From Sphingomonadales bacterium (GTDB taxonomy: Bacteria; Pseudomonadota; Alphaproteobacteria; Sphingomonadales; Sphingomonadaceae): 64,000 bases of DNA. Position numbers and translations under genes: made by a program. Positions 63,450 to 64,000 of this stretch are shown here, in pieces. Every line of letters starts with the position of its first letter. Position 1 is the first letter of the stretch. The stretch covers positions 330,806 through 394,805 of the forward strand of contig JADJXT010000001.1 of assembly GCA_016720115.1 (NCBI GenBank). The letters run 5' to 3'. The notes below the pieces were generated by a model. It did no database searches and was not told the DNA's origin. It saw only the letters and a list, made by a program, of their open reading frames with translations.

Positions 63450-64000
63450 ATGCGAGTCGGCGATTCTCTTTTTTCTGCTCTCAAGGGCAAAACTGGCCTT
63501 TTGCGGGTCGGGCCGCAGCATGCCTTCTGTAACCCGCAGCGGGGGCTGAGGCGGTGGGCAAGCGGGGTGGGTTCGCTCGATACGGCGCTGGCAGGCGGGC
63601 TGGCCTATGGGCGCGTGCATGAATTTTATGCCGCGCAGGGGGAGGATGCACCGGCGACGGCCGGTTTCGCGCTAGCCCTTCTGGCGGCCATGGGCGGAGG
63701 CGAGGGTGGCGCGCGCGCTACGCTCTGGCTGCGTTCGCGCCGCGCGGTGCAGCAGGCGGGCGTGGTGCAGGCCAATGGCTGTGCGGAACTGGGCGGGCGG
63801 TCTGATGCCTGCCTTTTTGCCATGATTGCCGACACGAAGGAACTGCTCAAGGCTGCCGTCGACGGGCTGCGTAGTGGGGCATTGGGTGCGGTCGTTGTCG
63901 AAACGCAAGGGAGCCTTCCCGATCTGGACCTGACCGCGAGCCGCCGCCTCGCACTGGCTGCCGAGAAATCGGGGACGACGCTCTTCCTGCTGTGCAGCGG
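63450..64000 (+). CDS. imuA: ImuA-like SOS mutagenesis protein, 3-prime end outside the window
   Basis: The frame is open from ATG 63450 to the window end. It is not in the ORF track because no stop is reached. ..GSLDTALAGGLAYGRVHEFYAAQGEDAPATAGFALALLA...LLKAAVDGLRSGALGAVVVE..LDLTASRRLALAAEKSGTTLFLL matches the RecA-fold ImuA pattern. The start codon is uncertain, with TTG 63501 and GTG 63567 as alternatives. Confidence 0.7.
   Translation, partial: MRVGDSLFSALKGKTGLLRVGPQHAFCNPQRGLRRWASGVGSLDTALAGGLAYGRVHEFYAAQGEDAPATAGFALALLAAMGGGEGGARATLWLRSRRAVQQAGVVQANGCAELGGRSDACLFAMIADTKELLKAAVDGLRSGALGAVVVETQGSLPDLDLTASRRLALAAEKSGTTLFLLCS

Overview
High-GC chromosomal window. It is alphaproteobacterial by its GAAC-N7-GAAC SOS box. 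Gene content suggests a Sphingomonadales-like organism, but that is inference only. Five blocks are present. (1) 1-13.6 kb is a regulated catabolic locus of unknown substrate. It holds two AMP-dependent CoA ligases, a crotonase, two paralogous acyl-CoA-dehydrogenase-fold flavin monooxygenase candidates with a single flavin reductase, a cytochrome P450 without redox partners, a VOC-fold enzyme, a TonB-dependent receptor, and two MarR and one TetR regulators. (2) 13.6-16.6 kb is decayed accessory DNA. It contains a frameshifted, truncated ParB-domain DNA methylase and a secreted DUF1254/DUF1214 protein bracketed by two copies of an unexplained repeat of about 73 nt that carries a 19-bp palindrome. 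(3) 16.7-21.9 kb is housekeeping: B12-dependent ribonucleotide reductase nrdJ, a YeiH-like membrane protein and glpD. (4) 22.2-63.3 kb is a visibly more AT-rich surface-glycan island of about 41 kb with two modules. Module 1 (22.2-49.9 kb) encodes candidate routes to three sugars: a 2,3-diacetamido-mannuronic acid (WbpA/B/E/D/I-like, plus an AsnB-type amidotransferase), dTDP-3-acetamido-3,6-dideoxyhexose (RmlA/RmlB/FdtA/FdtB/FdtC-like), and a 4-amino-4,6-dideoxy-HexNAc initiating sugar (PglF/PglE/PglC-like). It also has Wzx, Wzy, two glycosyltransferases, a Wzc-type tyrosine kinase, an O-antigen-ligase-family protein and a UDP-GlcA 4-epimerase. An intact IS256-family element with target duplications interrupts the long minus-strand operon. 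Module 2 (50.9-63.3 kb) starts at a junction where ugd is cut to 17 codons by a 3-prime-truncated IS5-family element. It encodes a complete pseudaminic acid pathway (PseB, PseC, fused PseG-PseH, PseI, PseF), WecB/WecC, a second flippase, and two uncharacterised candidate transferases (one KpsS-like soluble protein, one polytopic membrane protein). (5) The window ends with a LexA box and the 5-prime part of imuA. The most novel-looking content is module 2, which is a nonulosonic-acid glycan module with no recognisable initiating transferase or polymerase and two unclassified candidate transferases. No CRISPR arrays, rRNA genes or tRNA genes were seen.
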